Source of the DNA: Roseibacillus sp.
GTDB taxonomy: Bacteria; Verrucomicrobiota; Verrucomicrobiia; Verrucomicrobiales; Akkermansiaceae
Direction: 5' to 3'
NCBI GenBank assembly: GCA_051251855.1
Contig: JBPOGI010000002.1
Span: forward strand, 672,001-736,000
Length of the DNA: 64,000 nt
The translations under genes were made by a program, and so were the position numbers. Under the pieces are notes generated by a model. The model had not been told where the DNA came from, ran no database searches, and was given only the letters and a program-made list of their open reading frames with translations. Positions 56,701-64,000 of this stretch are shown piece after piece (within the stretch, counting starts at the first letter, position 1; each line of letters begins with the position of its first letter).

Positions 56701-57032
56701 CGGGACTTGGGTTGGATTCCGATTTAGTGGGGAAGGCTGTCTTTGGAAACAAGCTCAACCACGACTCAGATGCCGATTTACAAATGAGTGATCGCGCTAT
56801 GGAGGAAGTTTTCTCCCGCGTTTATAACTCGACGACAGTAAGAAGCCGCAATTTTCGGATTCATGTGATTGGACAGGCTCTCGAGCAAACTCCTTCGGGG
56901 AATCTGCGAATCAAAGCGACGCGAAAGAAAAGCTATCGCGTCTTCGTGAATCCTGGTGAACAAAATTCTGAATTCGGTGACTTCGATCCTCAGCAAGTCA
57001 CGATAGAAACAAGCTATGAAACAAATCTATAA
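53712..57032 (+). CDS. Large prepilin-type protein (Verru_Chthon cassette A / PilX-GspK-like)
   Basis: G-FALPAVL without Glu5, ARYSYWVED, VNVNTASREVL, TTVRSRNFRIHVIGQ. Confidence 0.82.
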   Translation: MQTNIPQFCAFKSRLSSGFALPAVLIISTGVLILLVTLMTIVELERTTSKARVGSYQADLAVESGFEEAKMILAGATASDSYAIGVVPFAAEFDDNDDGTISSEEDGNLSIANEEKGRPYLYAIQGEVEGGGVNFRMTPLFATHEGPGTQAVNRDGELTLPTEPGLSLQQKSNLDNRVAVRGTPHIQAPVTAWRTIRDDEDIPIARYSYWVEDMQGYLDAEQVAGNRRNSGAHGRANEVWTQQVDLWNEEVSSIAEKYVEDGGAVPLWPAPGLNPAYAKAVTGEDEAVAEESLLSEIAVFTLDQSKPGVKDESDLDDSMRELAPKAPTPASLLALSGVEAPLERVPEGVERGRLELKGGGDPEPRWIEESFVTGNQSWEEFALIPFAPGLDPGVMGELRLNLNEKLEELEGATAAAGGTVSQGVVEEIADHIAEALPRFSSQRRGGFGDWQEGDEQDAAYLKTFAASLIDYADTDSVPTMDEDEYRGVDSHPFITEYLITHRIDGFEKRNGANFIVIEVETFAELWNMSNYPVTGNFELGYINPFVFEALGNPEIDFMTPLDETVPSSSQSWSSHFLTKDEESNRWYSTPKEVTIPANGYTLVSTGIISNHILVSPSGDFLPLPIELSILEREEVANYRLKWDDVLCDRSGGGLELTTMTLDLSSRSQVTKAVICGTWGEFRNFYSGMYDPRQSWWAGLDNEEGVVSENSYPQNYSPGRRTVRYGSIGRHDEDALHGRVLVSQWPDGGHDSSFELGSFHKAGSGTSDRALRPDSPDLYTEDIEAEPLKSPLFVSNLGRFFSESELGNVYDPHMWQHKSKPSNTQEIWYQGSASDSRNNNVPEVEVASKPSTVVGGGNTMRIGRPEHARFDEIGVRASHLLDLFHCGEPYSITLSEQTGDKRRVQGQVNVNTASREVLRSLVAGILATDPEICKQLNSFNTRDTFAPRTSDRFEKISATDAISGKGGLTDEGGAIADAIIASRPFVSRSQLASLIYPSGLGLDSDLVGKAVFGNKLNHDSDADLQMSDRAMEEVFSRVYNSTTVRSRNFRIHVIGQALEQTPSGNLRIKATRKKSYRVFVNPGEQNSEFGDFDPQQVTIETSYETNL

Positions 57033-57693
57033 ATTTCTCTGGATACTCTTTATTCCTTTGCTGCAGGCACAGGAGCCGCCTCCGAATATGGGCTTTTTGC
57101 GCTTCATGAATCTCGTGGATGCGGGCGAAGGCAAGACTAAGCTTCGGATCAATGGGAAGGACATCTGGGAACCAGGTTATAGGCTGGGGCAAAAGACGGG
57201 CGCTTTGCCCTACTCTAACGGAACCTTAGACGTGGTGGTCTCCAAAGAGGGCTGCATTACCGCAGAGCGTGAAGTTGAGGTCGAAAAGGGGAAGTCGCAG
57301 ACCATCGTGGCGTTTGCTGAAGAAGTGTTTGATGACGAGGGAGTCTCCTTAGGCTGGGGCGTTAAGTTGGCTAGGCTATCTCAGCATACTCCTGAGAAGG
57401 GGCTGGTGGTGACCTTCATTTCCTTCTGTAAGGAAGACGCCATCGATTTGGAAATCGATGAATCCCAGAGCGACAAGCAATTCACTCAGACTGTCTATAA
57501 GCGAAAGACCGCGAGGCTGAAGCTGGTCGACAGTGGAAGAGTGCGGGCCTCGGTAAAGTGCAATGGAGAGCACATCGGAAGCATCAAGGTAGATGATCAA
57601 GGAAACTATGTGGCCATGATCTACCAAGGCGACGACGGGAAACGAAAGATGAAGGTCTTCTTCGATCCGAATTTCATGATTTCAGGAAGTTAA
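57016..57693 (+). CDS. Secreted beta-sandwich protein of the pilin cassette (DUF4397-like)
   Basis: Signal peptide; GFLRFMNLV; overlaps the cassette A gene. Confidence 0.65.
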   Translation: MKQIYKFLWILFIPLLQAQEPPPNMGFLRFMNLVDAGEGKTKLRINGKDIWEPGYRLGQKTGALPYSNGTLDVVVSKEGCITAEREVEVEKGKSQTIVAFAEEVFDDEGVSLGWGVKLARLSQHTPEKGLVVTFISFCKEDAIDLEIDESQSDKQFTQTVYKRKTARLKLVDSGRVRASVKCNGEHIGSIKVDDQGNYVAMIYQGDDGKRKMKVFFDPNFMISGS

Positions 57694-57694
57694 A

Positions 57695-59167
57695 ATGAGT
57701 AGATTCAATCGTCGACAGTTTTTGACAAGCTCTGCAGCCACCCTTGCATTGGCGGGAAAGGGGAGGGCGCAGGAAGCTTCGTCTGAGCTCGCTATTTTTC
57801 ACACGACGGATTTGCATGGGCATATTTTGCCAACAGCATCCTATGGCGGTGAGGATGACTTGGGGGGGCTGGCCCGATGCGCGAGTCAGATTCGAGCTTG
57901 GCGCAAGGAATCGCCCGAGAACCTTTTGCTCGATATTGGTGATGTCTATCAAGGCACGTTGGTGAGCTGGCAGACCCGTGGTAAGCTAATGATCGATCTC
58001 TTTAATAAGATGGGATACGACGCTTGGGTTTTGGGGAATCACGAATTTGATTGGGGTCCAGAGGTCGTTGAGGAGGCGTTGAATCGTTCTCACATGCCAG
58101 CCTTGGCTGCCAATGTGAAGCTGGACGGCAAGCTTGTCGGAGCGGATCGCGATGAGGGGCTTTTTCAGAAGTTAAAGCCTTGGATCATCAAAGAAGTGGG
58201 AGGAGAGAAGGTTGGGGTAGTCGGTTTGATTACTCCGGGTTTACCAGCTTGGTTACGAAAAGAGTTATTAGGGCCATTGGAGGCTGTGGACCCGGCGCCG
58301 GTGTTGAAGCGCTGTGTGGCGGAGTTGAAGGCAGAGGGGGCTACGAAGATTGTGGTCGCGGGTCACATGGGATTTCGGGAGAGAGGAGACGATTATGCCA
58401 ATCCGCTGGCACACACCTTGAAGGGCTCTGGCGTTCATGCTTATTTGGGTGCGCATTCACATCGTCGTAACGAACGGTGGTTGGTAGAGGGGGTTCCCTG
58501 TACGCAGGCGAGTTATCATGGGTTGGATTGCGGAAGAGTTCGCTTTATGGGGGACTTGGCTCGCATGGAGTTGAGTCGGATGGATAAGAGCGTCGAGTTG
58601 GACGCGATGGTAATGGAAGCTTCGGAGCCGTTTTTGGAGGAAGCTCAAGAGGAAAAAAAACGGAATGTCGGTGAGATTCCGGCTGAGATTCGAGGGAAAG
58701 ATGCGGTGAGGGACTTTCTTTGTGAGTCGTTCCTAGCGGCAGCTTCAAAAGTGGGTCAGGAAGTGGATGCCGTTTTTCATGGCACCTTTGGGGGGAGCGA
58801 GATTCCAGCAGGAGGTTTCTCTGTATCGGATGCGTGGAAGCTTTTGCCCTACGAAAATATGATGGTGGTGGGTGAGTTGACGAGTGAGGAGTTGGTGGCG
58901 ATTCTCAGAGAGGACAGCGCAGACCGTTATTCGGACCGAGTCCTGATGGGGCTGCAAGTGATTGAAGACGACGACGGAAAGCCGGTGGGGATTCAAGGGA
59001 CTCCGGAACGGAAGCGTTATCGGGTCCTGTTTAATAGTTATGACGCTCAGTCGGGAGGCCGCAAATTGAATGTTTTACGCGATTCGTTGGCGAAGCCGGC
59101 GGCCAAGTCGCAACTGCTTCCGTTAGGAACTCGTGAAGCATTGATTGATTACGTTGCGAATTTGTGA
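57695..59167 (+). CDS. Tat-exported 5'-nucleotidase / UDP-sugar hydrolase family protein
   Basis: NRRQFL; HTTDLHG, DIGD, GNHEFD, GHMG, GAHSH, LPYEN. Confidence 0.92.
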   Translation: MSRFNRRQFLTSSAATLALAGKGRAQEASSELAIFHTTDLHGHILPTASYGGEDDLGGLARCASQIRAWRKESPENLLLDIGDVYQGTLVSWQTRGKLMIDLFNKMGYDAWVLGNHEFDWGPEVVEEALNRSHMPALAANVKLDGKLVGADRDEGLFQKLKPWIIKEVGGEKVGVVGLITPGLPAWLRKELLGPLEAVDPAPVLKRCVAELKAEGATKIVVAGHMGFRERGDDYANPLAHTLKGSGVHAYLGAHSHRRNERWLVEGVPCTQASYHGLDCGRVRFMGDLARMELSRMDKSVELDAMVMEASEPFLEEAQEEKKRNVGEIPAEIRGKDAVRDFLCESFLAAASKVGQEVDAVFHGTFGGSEIPAGGFSVSDAWKLLPYENMMVVGELTSEELVAILREDSADRYSDRVLMGLQVIEDDDGKPVGIQGTPERKRYRVLFNSYDAQSGGRKLNVLRDSLAKPAAKSQLLPLGTREALIDYVANL

Positions 59168-59173
59168 GCTCAG

Positions 59174-59512
59174 ATGAAAGACGTGGAGTTCTATCTTTGC
59201 CCTGAATGCGGTGCTGACGTACCTGTGGGTTCAACCGAGTGTAAAGCTTGCGGGCCCCGCAAAGGAGCGCAAAAGATGAGGCGCAAGAAGCAGAAGACCG
59301 CGCGCAAGAAGCGGTCTTGGGAGCAGGATTCAAGCTATGACGGCTTGGGGCTCTCGGATGATGATTTTGACTACGAAGACTATGTCGAACGTGAGTTTGG
59401 CGGCAAGCCACACCGGCGCGTGGGAATCGCTTGGTATTGGTGGCTGACGGCTGTGGCCTTAGTGGCAGCAATGCTCTGGGCGACTATTGGCGGGCTTGGC
59501 TTTGGAGGGTAA
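59174..59512 (+). CDS. Zinc-ribbon membrane protein
   Basis: CPECG...CKACG, acidic DDFDYEDY stretch, C-terminal TM segment. Confidence 0.75.
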   Translation: MKDVEFYLCPECGADVPVGSTECKACGPRKGAQKMRRKKQKTARKKRSWEQDSSYDGLGLSDDDFDYEDYVEREFGGKPHRRVGIAWYWWLTAVALVAAMLWATIGGLGFGG

Positions 59513-61778
59513 TTGTGACTGCGCAGTATTTGTAGTTGGGTTGGCGGGAGTGGGGGTCGAAAGAGGAGTGGGTGAGTTTGTTGATCTCCTTATAGTGCAT
59601 GGGGAGGAAGACTTGGCCGGGTTGTACGGTGGGGGCGAAGTAAGCTTGGGCTGTGATGTTGGCGCGGCGGCTCGTGATCGTGACCTGGCTGCGGTCTGGA
59701 ATGTTGAGCTTTGCTGCGTCGTCGGGGTGGATTTCTAGGTAGCACTCTTGGGGGTAGAGTTTGCGGAGGATCTTTGATTTGTTGGTCCGGGTTTGGGTGT
59801 GCCATTGGCTGCTGGTGCCACGTCCGGTGAGAAGGATAAAGGGGAAGTCGTCGCAGGTGGGCTCGGCGAGAGGGGAAGGCTTATCAAAGAGGAATTTGGC
59901 TTTGCTGTTTGGGTGGTAGAATTTTCCGTCGCCGAAGAGGCGGCGTTCGCTGGTTGAAGGGAGAGCGGGTTTGTAACCCGTTTCACTACCAGATCCCATT
60001 TGAGGGTTCGGTTGGGCGGCTTGCAAAGCCACGCTCCCGTGAGGAAAAGGCCATTGGATTCCACCGGCTTGTTCGATGTGGTCGTGGTCTCGGATGCCAG
60101 TGATGTCACAGGGCTGGCCTTTGCTGAGAGACTTCATTGCTTGGAAGGCATCGTTGGGGGTAGGCCATTTTTTGAGGAAGTCACAGCCACCCCAGCGGTC
60201 GGCTAGGGCATGGACGATGCGGAAGTCAGTGAGGGCCTGACCAGGCGCTTCTTTGACTTGGCGAATGGTGCCAAAGCGGCGCTCGGAGTTAATAAAGGTG
60301 CCGTCTTTTTCACCCCAACCTGCGACGGGTAGCACGAGGTCAGCCATCTGTGCTGTTTCGGTAGTTTTGTAAATATCCTGCACGACAAGGAAGTCGAGTT
60401 TTTCCCGGATTCGAGCAAAATTCTCTTGAGCGATCCAGGAGTGGTTGGGGTTGGTTGCGATGACCCAAAGTCCTTTGATTTCGCCGCGGTCGATGGCGTC
60501 GATGATTTGGTCGTAGGCGTAGCCAGTTTCCTGTTGGATACGTTCTTCTTCGATGCCAATAATGCTGGCAACTTTGGCGCGGTGTTTGGCGTTGCCGAAA
60601 TCGTGACCACCCAGAAGGTTGGTAGTGTTAGAGAAGAGGCGGGAGCCCATGGCGTTGCATTGACCAGTGATGGAGTTGGCTCCGGTGCCGGGCTTTCCAA
60701 TGTTGCCGGTCATGAGGCAAAGGTTGATGATGGCTTGGGCTGTGCGGACTCCTTCGTAGCTCTGATTGACGCCCATGGTCCACCACCAAGAGACGCGCTT
60801 GCCTGGCTCGGATACGAGGTGCGCGAGAGATTCGATTTCGGCGACTGTTTGACCACATTGGGGAGAGATTACTTCGGGGGAGTAGTCTTTGAGGAACTCC
60901 TGGAAGCCCTCAAATCCCTCGGTATTGGCGAGGGATTCGTGGTCGAGGCGATTGTCACGTACGATGCAGTGGGCGACTGCGTAGAGCAAGGCGAGGTCGG
61001 ACTTCGGGGTGAGTGGGACGTGGCGGGTAGCAACTTGAGCAGTCTCGGTACGGCGAGGGTCGATGACTACGATTTCGGGACTTCGCTGATTACTCATCAC
61101 TCGTTGCCACATGATGGGGTGGGCGATGGCAGGATTTGCTCCGACGAAGACGAGAACGTCGGATTCTTCGAAGTCGGCATAGGTGTAGGGTGGCGCGTCG
61201 AAGCCGAAGGATTGTTTGTAGGCCACGACAGCGGTGGCCATGCATTGACGTGTGTTGCCATCACCGTGCTTGGTCCCGATGCCGAACTTGGCGAAAGAGC
61301 CAAGAAGGAAAAAGTCTTCACAGGTGATTTGTCCGGTGGAGATAAAGGCCACGGAGTCTTTGCCGTGTTCTTCTTGGATGGACTTAAAGTTGTCGCAGAA
61401 GGAATCGAGAGCGGTGTTCCAGTCGGTGGGCTTTCCGTTTAACAGAGGGGTGTCGGCACGTTCGTCGGAGTCGAGGACGGCGAGGGCTTCCCAACCTTTG
61501 GGACAGGCCATGCCGAGGTTGACGGGGTAGTCGACGTTGGGGGTGAGGTTGACTGGCTTGCCGTCTTTGAGGGAAATGGTGAGGCGGCAACCGGTGGAGC
61601 AGTAGCCACAGATGGAGGTGGTGGTGGTGTCGGGAGTGGCTTCGGCGGGGACTTGGCCGAGGCCGAATTTGCCGGGTTGGCGAAGAAGCTCGGAGGTGAG
61701 GGGGCCGGTGCGAGAGTGGAGTTGGGTGTGCTGTTTCACGAGGTTGCCCAGGCTCTTTTGTTTGGTGGAGATGGTCAT
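59484..61778 (-). CDS. Molybdopterin oxidoreductase, assimilatory nitrate reductase catalytic subunit (NasA/NarB-like)
   Basis: [64 protein letters not shown]; no Tat signal. Confidence 0.9.
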   Translation of the reverse strand: MTISTKQKSLGNLVKQHTQLHSRTGPLTSELLRQPGKFGLGQVPAEATPDTTTTSICGYCSTGCRLTISLKDGKPVNLTPNVDYPVNLGMACPKGWEALAVLDSDERADTPLLNGKPTDWNTALDSFCDNFKSIQEEHGKDSVAFISTGQITCEDFFLLGSFAKFGIGTKHGDGNTRQCMATAVVAYKQSFGFDAPPYTYADFEESDVLVFVGANPAIAHPIMWQRVMSNQRSPEIVVIDPRRTETAQVATRHVPLTPKSDLALLYAVAHCIVRDNRLDHESLANTEGFEGFQEFLKDYSPEVISPQCGQTVAEIESLAHLVSEPGKRVSWWWTMGVNQSYEGVRTAQAIINLCLMTGNIGKPGTGANSITGQCNAMGSRLFSNTTNLLGGHDFGNAKHRAKVASIIGIEEERIQQETGYAYDQIIDAIDRGEIKGLWVIATNPNHSWIAQENFARIREKLDFLVVQDIYKTTETAQMADLVLPVAGWGEKDGTFINSERRFGTIRQVKEAPGQALTDFRIVHALADRWGGCDFLKKWPTPNDAFQAMKSLSKGQPCDITGIRDHDHIEQAGGIQWPFPHGSVALQAAQPNPQMGSGSETGYKPALPSTSERRLFGDGKFYHPNSKAKFLFDKPSPLAEPTCDDFPFILLTGRGTSSQWHTQTRTNKSKILRKLYPQECYLEIHPDDAAKLNIPDRSQVTITSRRANITAQAYFAPTVQPGQVFLPMHYKEINKLTHSSFDPHSRQPNYKYCAVTITLQSQARQ

Positions 61779-61879
61779 GGTTGGATTGACGAGCTTGGAT
61801 TCTTTCGACGCAGAGCCACGGAGGTCTCAGTGTGGTCGCAGAGATTTTTTTGAGAGATTGGGGAGGTGAGACAGTGCTG

Positions 61880-63412
61880 TTAGTGAATGAAACCGGGCAT
61901 TTTGAGAGGGCGGACGGCTTTGAAGTAGAGGGTGCGTTCGGCGAGGACGCTGACAAGAAGGAAGGAGAGCCCGATGGAGGGGGAGAGGAAGGTGAAGAGA
62001 GCAGCTAGAATCGCGGTCGTCACGCGAACTTGGGCGATAGGCTTAAGGACGGTGGTGATGATGGTGCGCTCTTGGTTGAAGTCAGGATGGCGAAGCTGAA
62101 AGTAATCGAGGGCGAGGGTGGAGAGGATAGCGAGGGAAAAGAGGGAGGCTAGTAGAGGGGTAGCGAGGGTCGCTACTCCAAGGCTAAAGAGGATGACGGT
62201 TCCAAAGAAACGCGGGAAGGTGATGCCGGACCTCCAGAGAACACGAGGAGTTGTTTGGTAAATTTTGACGCTGGTGAAGACGGCTGCCAGAGCTGTTAGG
62301 ATAGAGAGAGTTTGGAAAGGAGGGCTGTTGATGAGGCTTGGCAGGAAGCTCATGAAGGAGGGGAGTTCGAAGGGGAGGTGGTTGAGGAGAGGGGCTGTTA
62401 GGAAAGCACCAAGGATGGTGAAGGCAAGGAGCTCGCGGGAGAGCCAGCTGGTTTTGAGGCCAAGGAAGAAGCGCCAGGCTTTGAGGGGCTGTCCGAGGTG
62501 GAGGGTGGCGGCGATGAGACCAATGGAGAAGAGGGTGAGGGCGGTTATGCTGAGAACCAAGTGACTTGTAGATGCGGAGACGAGTTCTGTGTTCCCTATA
62601 AATATGCCCACGGCAGCCTGGGTAAAGGTGAGCATGAGAACGAGAGGCCAGTGGGCATGCTCTGGAGTGAGGTTTTCGTGGTCGGCGGCGTGGGCGGTGA
62701 GGGGGACTTCGCGGCCGGTGTATTTGGTGGTTGGCTGGGTGATAGAAGCGAGGGGAGCGCCGCTGAGCCAGCCGAGGTTGCGTTGGCCGAGTTTGGATTT
62801 TTCCTCGATGTTGACTTTGACAATCTTGATGGCCTCGGTGGGGCAGGCTTGCACGCAGGCGGGGGCCTCTCCCTCGGCGAGTCTGTCGTGGCACATGTCG
62901 CACTTGCGAACGATGCCTCTTTTTTTGGAGTATTTAGGGACATCGAAGGGGCACTTAAAGATGCAGTAAGAGCAACCGATGCATTGGTCGTCGAGATGGC
63001 GGACGATGCCGGTGTCTTCGGACTTTTCGTAGGCTTGCACGGGGCAGCCGTTGAGGCATTCGGGGTCGGCGCAGTGGTGGCAGGCGGTAGTGATGGTTTG
63101 TTGCCAGCCGGGTTCTTCTTCGCCGCCTAATAGGAGTCCGACGTCGCGCCAGGATTCGTCTTCGTCGAGTCCGTTTTGGCTATGACAAGCCGCGACGCAG
63201 GCTTTGCAGGAGGTGCATTTGTCGAGGGCGACTTCGAAGGCGTATTGTTCGCCTTTGCCGGGTTTGGAAAGGGGGATGAGGTTGCGGTAGTGACCAGCGA
63301 GGTCGGGTTCGCGGTCGTGTTGTTCGGAAAAGTCAGCGACTGGAGTGTAGAGCTTTTTCTGATCGGCGAGGAGGTCGTCGATGAGCGTCTTTTCTGGAGC
63401 GAGGGCAGGCAC
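61880..63412 (-). CDS. DmsB-like 4Fe-4S / DmsC-like membrane anchor fusion
   Basis: CTSCKACVAAC, CHHCADPEC..CP, CIGCSYC..CP, KCDMC..PACVQACP; HWPLV, HLGQP, SWLSRE, ERTLYF. Confidence 0.9.
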   Translation of the reverse strand: MPALAPEKTLIDDLLADQKKLYTPVADFSEQHDREPDLAGHYRNLIPLSKPGKGEQYAFEVALDKCTSCKACVAACHSQNGLDEDESWRDVGLLLGGEEEPGWQQTITTACHHCADPECLNGCPVQAYEKSEDTGIVRHLDDQCIGCSYCIFKCPFDVPKYSKKRGIVRKCDMCHDRLAEGEAPACVQACPTEAIKIVKVNIEEKSKLGQRNLGWLSGAPLASITQPTTKYTGREVPLTAHAADHENLTPEHAHWPLVLMLTFTQAAVGIFIGNTELVSASTSHLVLSITALTLFSIGLIAATLHLGQPLKAWRFFLGLKTSWLSRELLAFTILGAFLTAPLLNHLPFELPSFMSFLPSLINSPPFQTLSILTALAAVFTSVKIYQTTPRVLWRSGITFPRFFGTVILFSLGVATLATPLLASLFSLAILSTLALDYFQLRHPDFNQERTIITTVLKPIAQVRVTTAILAALFTFLSPSIGLSFLLVSVLAERTLYFKAVRPLKMPGFIH

Positions 63413-63465
63413 GGATAGTCTGTTTGAACCGCAAAGACGCTAAGGCGCAAAGGGTCGAAGTGTGT

Positions 63466-64000
63466 TTATGATGCGAGGGCTCCGGTGAGGTTGTTAACCC
63501 ATTCATCGAAGGGATCGTCGTAGTCGACATCGCTTTCGATGAGGGGGGCGAGGCGTTGGGCTCCGAGTTTTTCGAGGACGGTGTCGAACTCTTTGGCACA
63601 TTGGTTGAAGTCGGGATACTCGGAGTCGCCGAGGCCGAGGACGGAGAAGGTGGTGTTCTCGAACCTGGGAGCGCTGTCGGAGTGGAGGAGTTCGTGGAGT
63701 GCTTGGGCGTTGTCAGGTGGTTCGCCGTCGCCGTAGGTGGAGGTGATGACGAGGAGGTTCTCTGTTTGGGTGAGTTGATCTGCTTCGGCTTCGGCCATGT
63801 CGGTGATGGTGACTTGGTGACCGGCAGCGGTGAGAGTTTTGGAGGCCTTTTTGGCGAGGGTTTCGGAGTTTCCAGTCTGGGAGCCCCAGAGGATGGTAAG
63901 GGGTTTGCCTTGAGGGGTGGTGGTCTCGGTGGGCTGTGCTGGGGTGGCTGCGCCTTGTGCTTGCATGCGGACGGCGAGGTAGCCGTTGAGCCAACCGATT
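63466..64000 (-). CDS. Flavodoxin-domain protein resembling the CysJ N-terminal half (5' end off the window)
   Basis: GWLNGYLA at the window edge; GSQTGNSE, TSTYGDGEPPDNA, LGLGDSEY; stops after the flavodoxin domain. Confidence 0.85.
   Translation of the reverse strand, partial: IGWLNGYLAVRMQAQGAATPAQPTETTTPQGKPLTILWGSQTGNSETLAKKASKTLTAAGHQVTITDMAEAEADQLTQTENLLVITSTYGDGEPPDNAQALHELLHSDSAPRFENTTFSVLGLGDSEYPDFNQCAKEFDTVLEKLGAQRLAPLIESDVDYDDPFDEWVNNLTGALAS

Noticed and set aside
1..64000. tRNA, rRNA, integrase or transposase genes
   Set aside because: None recognised by eye; a tRNAscan-SE or Infernal run would be needed to exclude small RNAs, including tRNA-Sec.

Overview
Chromosomal window from a fairly GC-rich Verrucomicrobiota-type bacterium, judged from a Verrucomicrobia-type LexA box, a Verru_Chthon-like pilin cassette and two sulfatases. 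Main contents: a LexA-boxed imuA-imuB-dnaE2 mutagenesis cassette (dnaE2 is missing from the ORF track), addAB, a 4.1-kb insert encoding a double beta-propeller/cadherin protein flanked by a duplicated addB 5' end, a flavinylation module (FAD oxidoreductase, double FMN-binding/NosR-like membrane protein, shortened ApbE), housekeeping genes (pyk, rplM, rpsI, xth, serS, queG, lepA, lgt), hydrolases, an ECF sigma factor and a nitrate-reductase cluster. The top finding is an unannotated gene at 39764-40339. It encodes a Cys-free secreted protein with two HMA/MerP-like domains. Each domain has an in-frame UGA at the metal-binding Cys position, and each UGA is followed by a near-identical SECIS-like hairpin. 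It is therefore a candidate double-selenocysteine metal-binding protein, divergent from a His-rich DUF318 permease. Also notable: an over-represented octamer TCTAACAG in core and DNA-repair genes, REP-like palindromes inserted in frame in dnaE2 and the nitrate reductase, and a queG lacking a canonical start codon. All family assignments come from motif recognition; no database searches were run.
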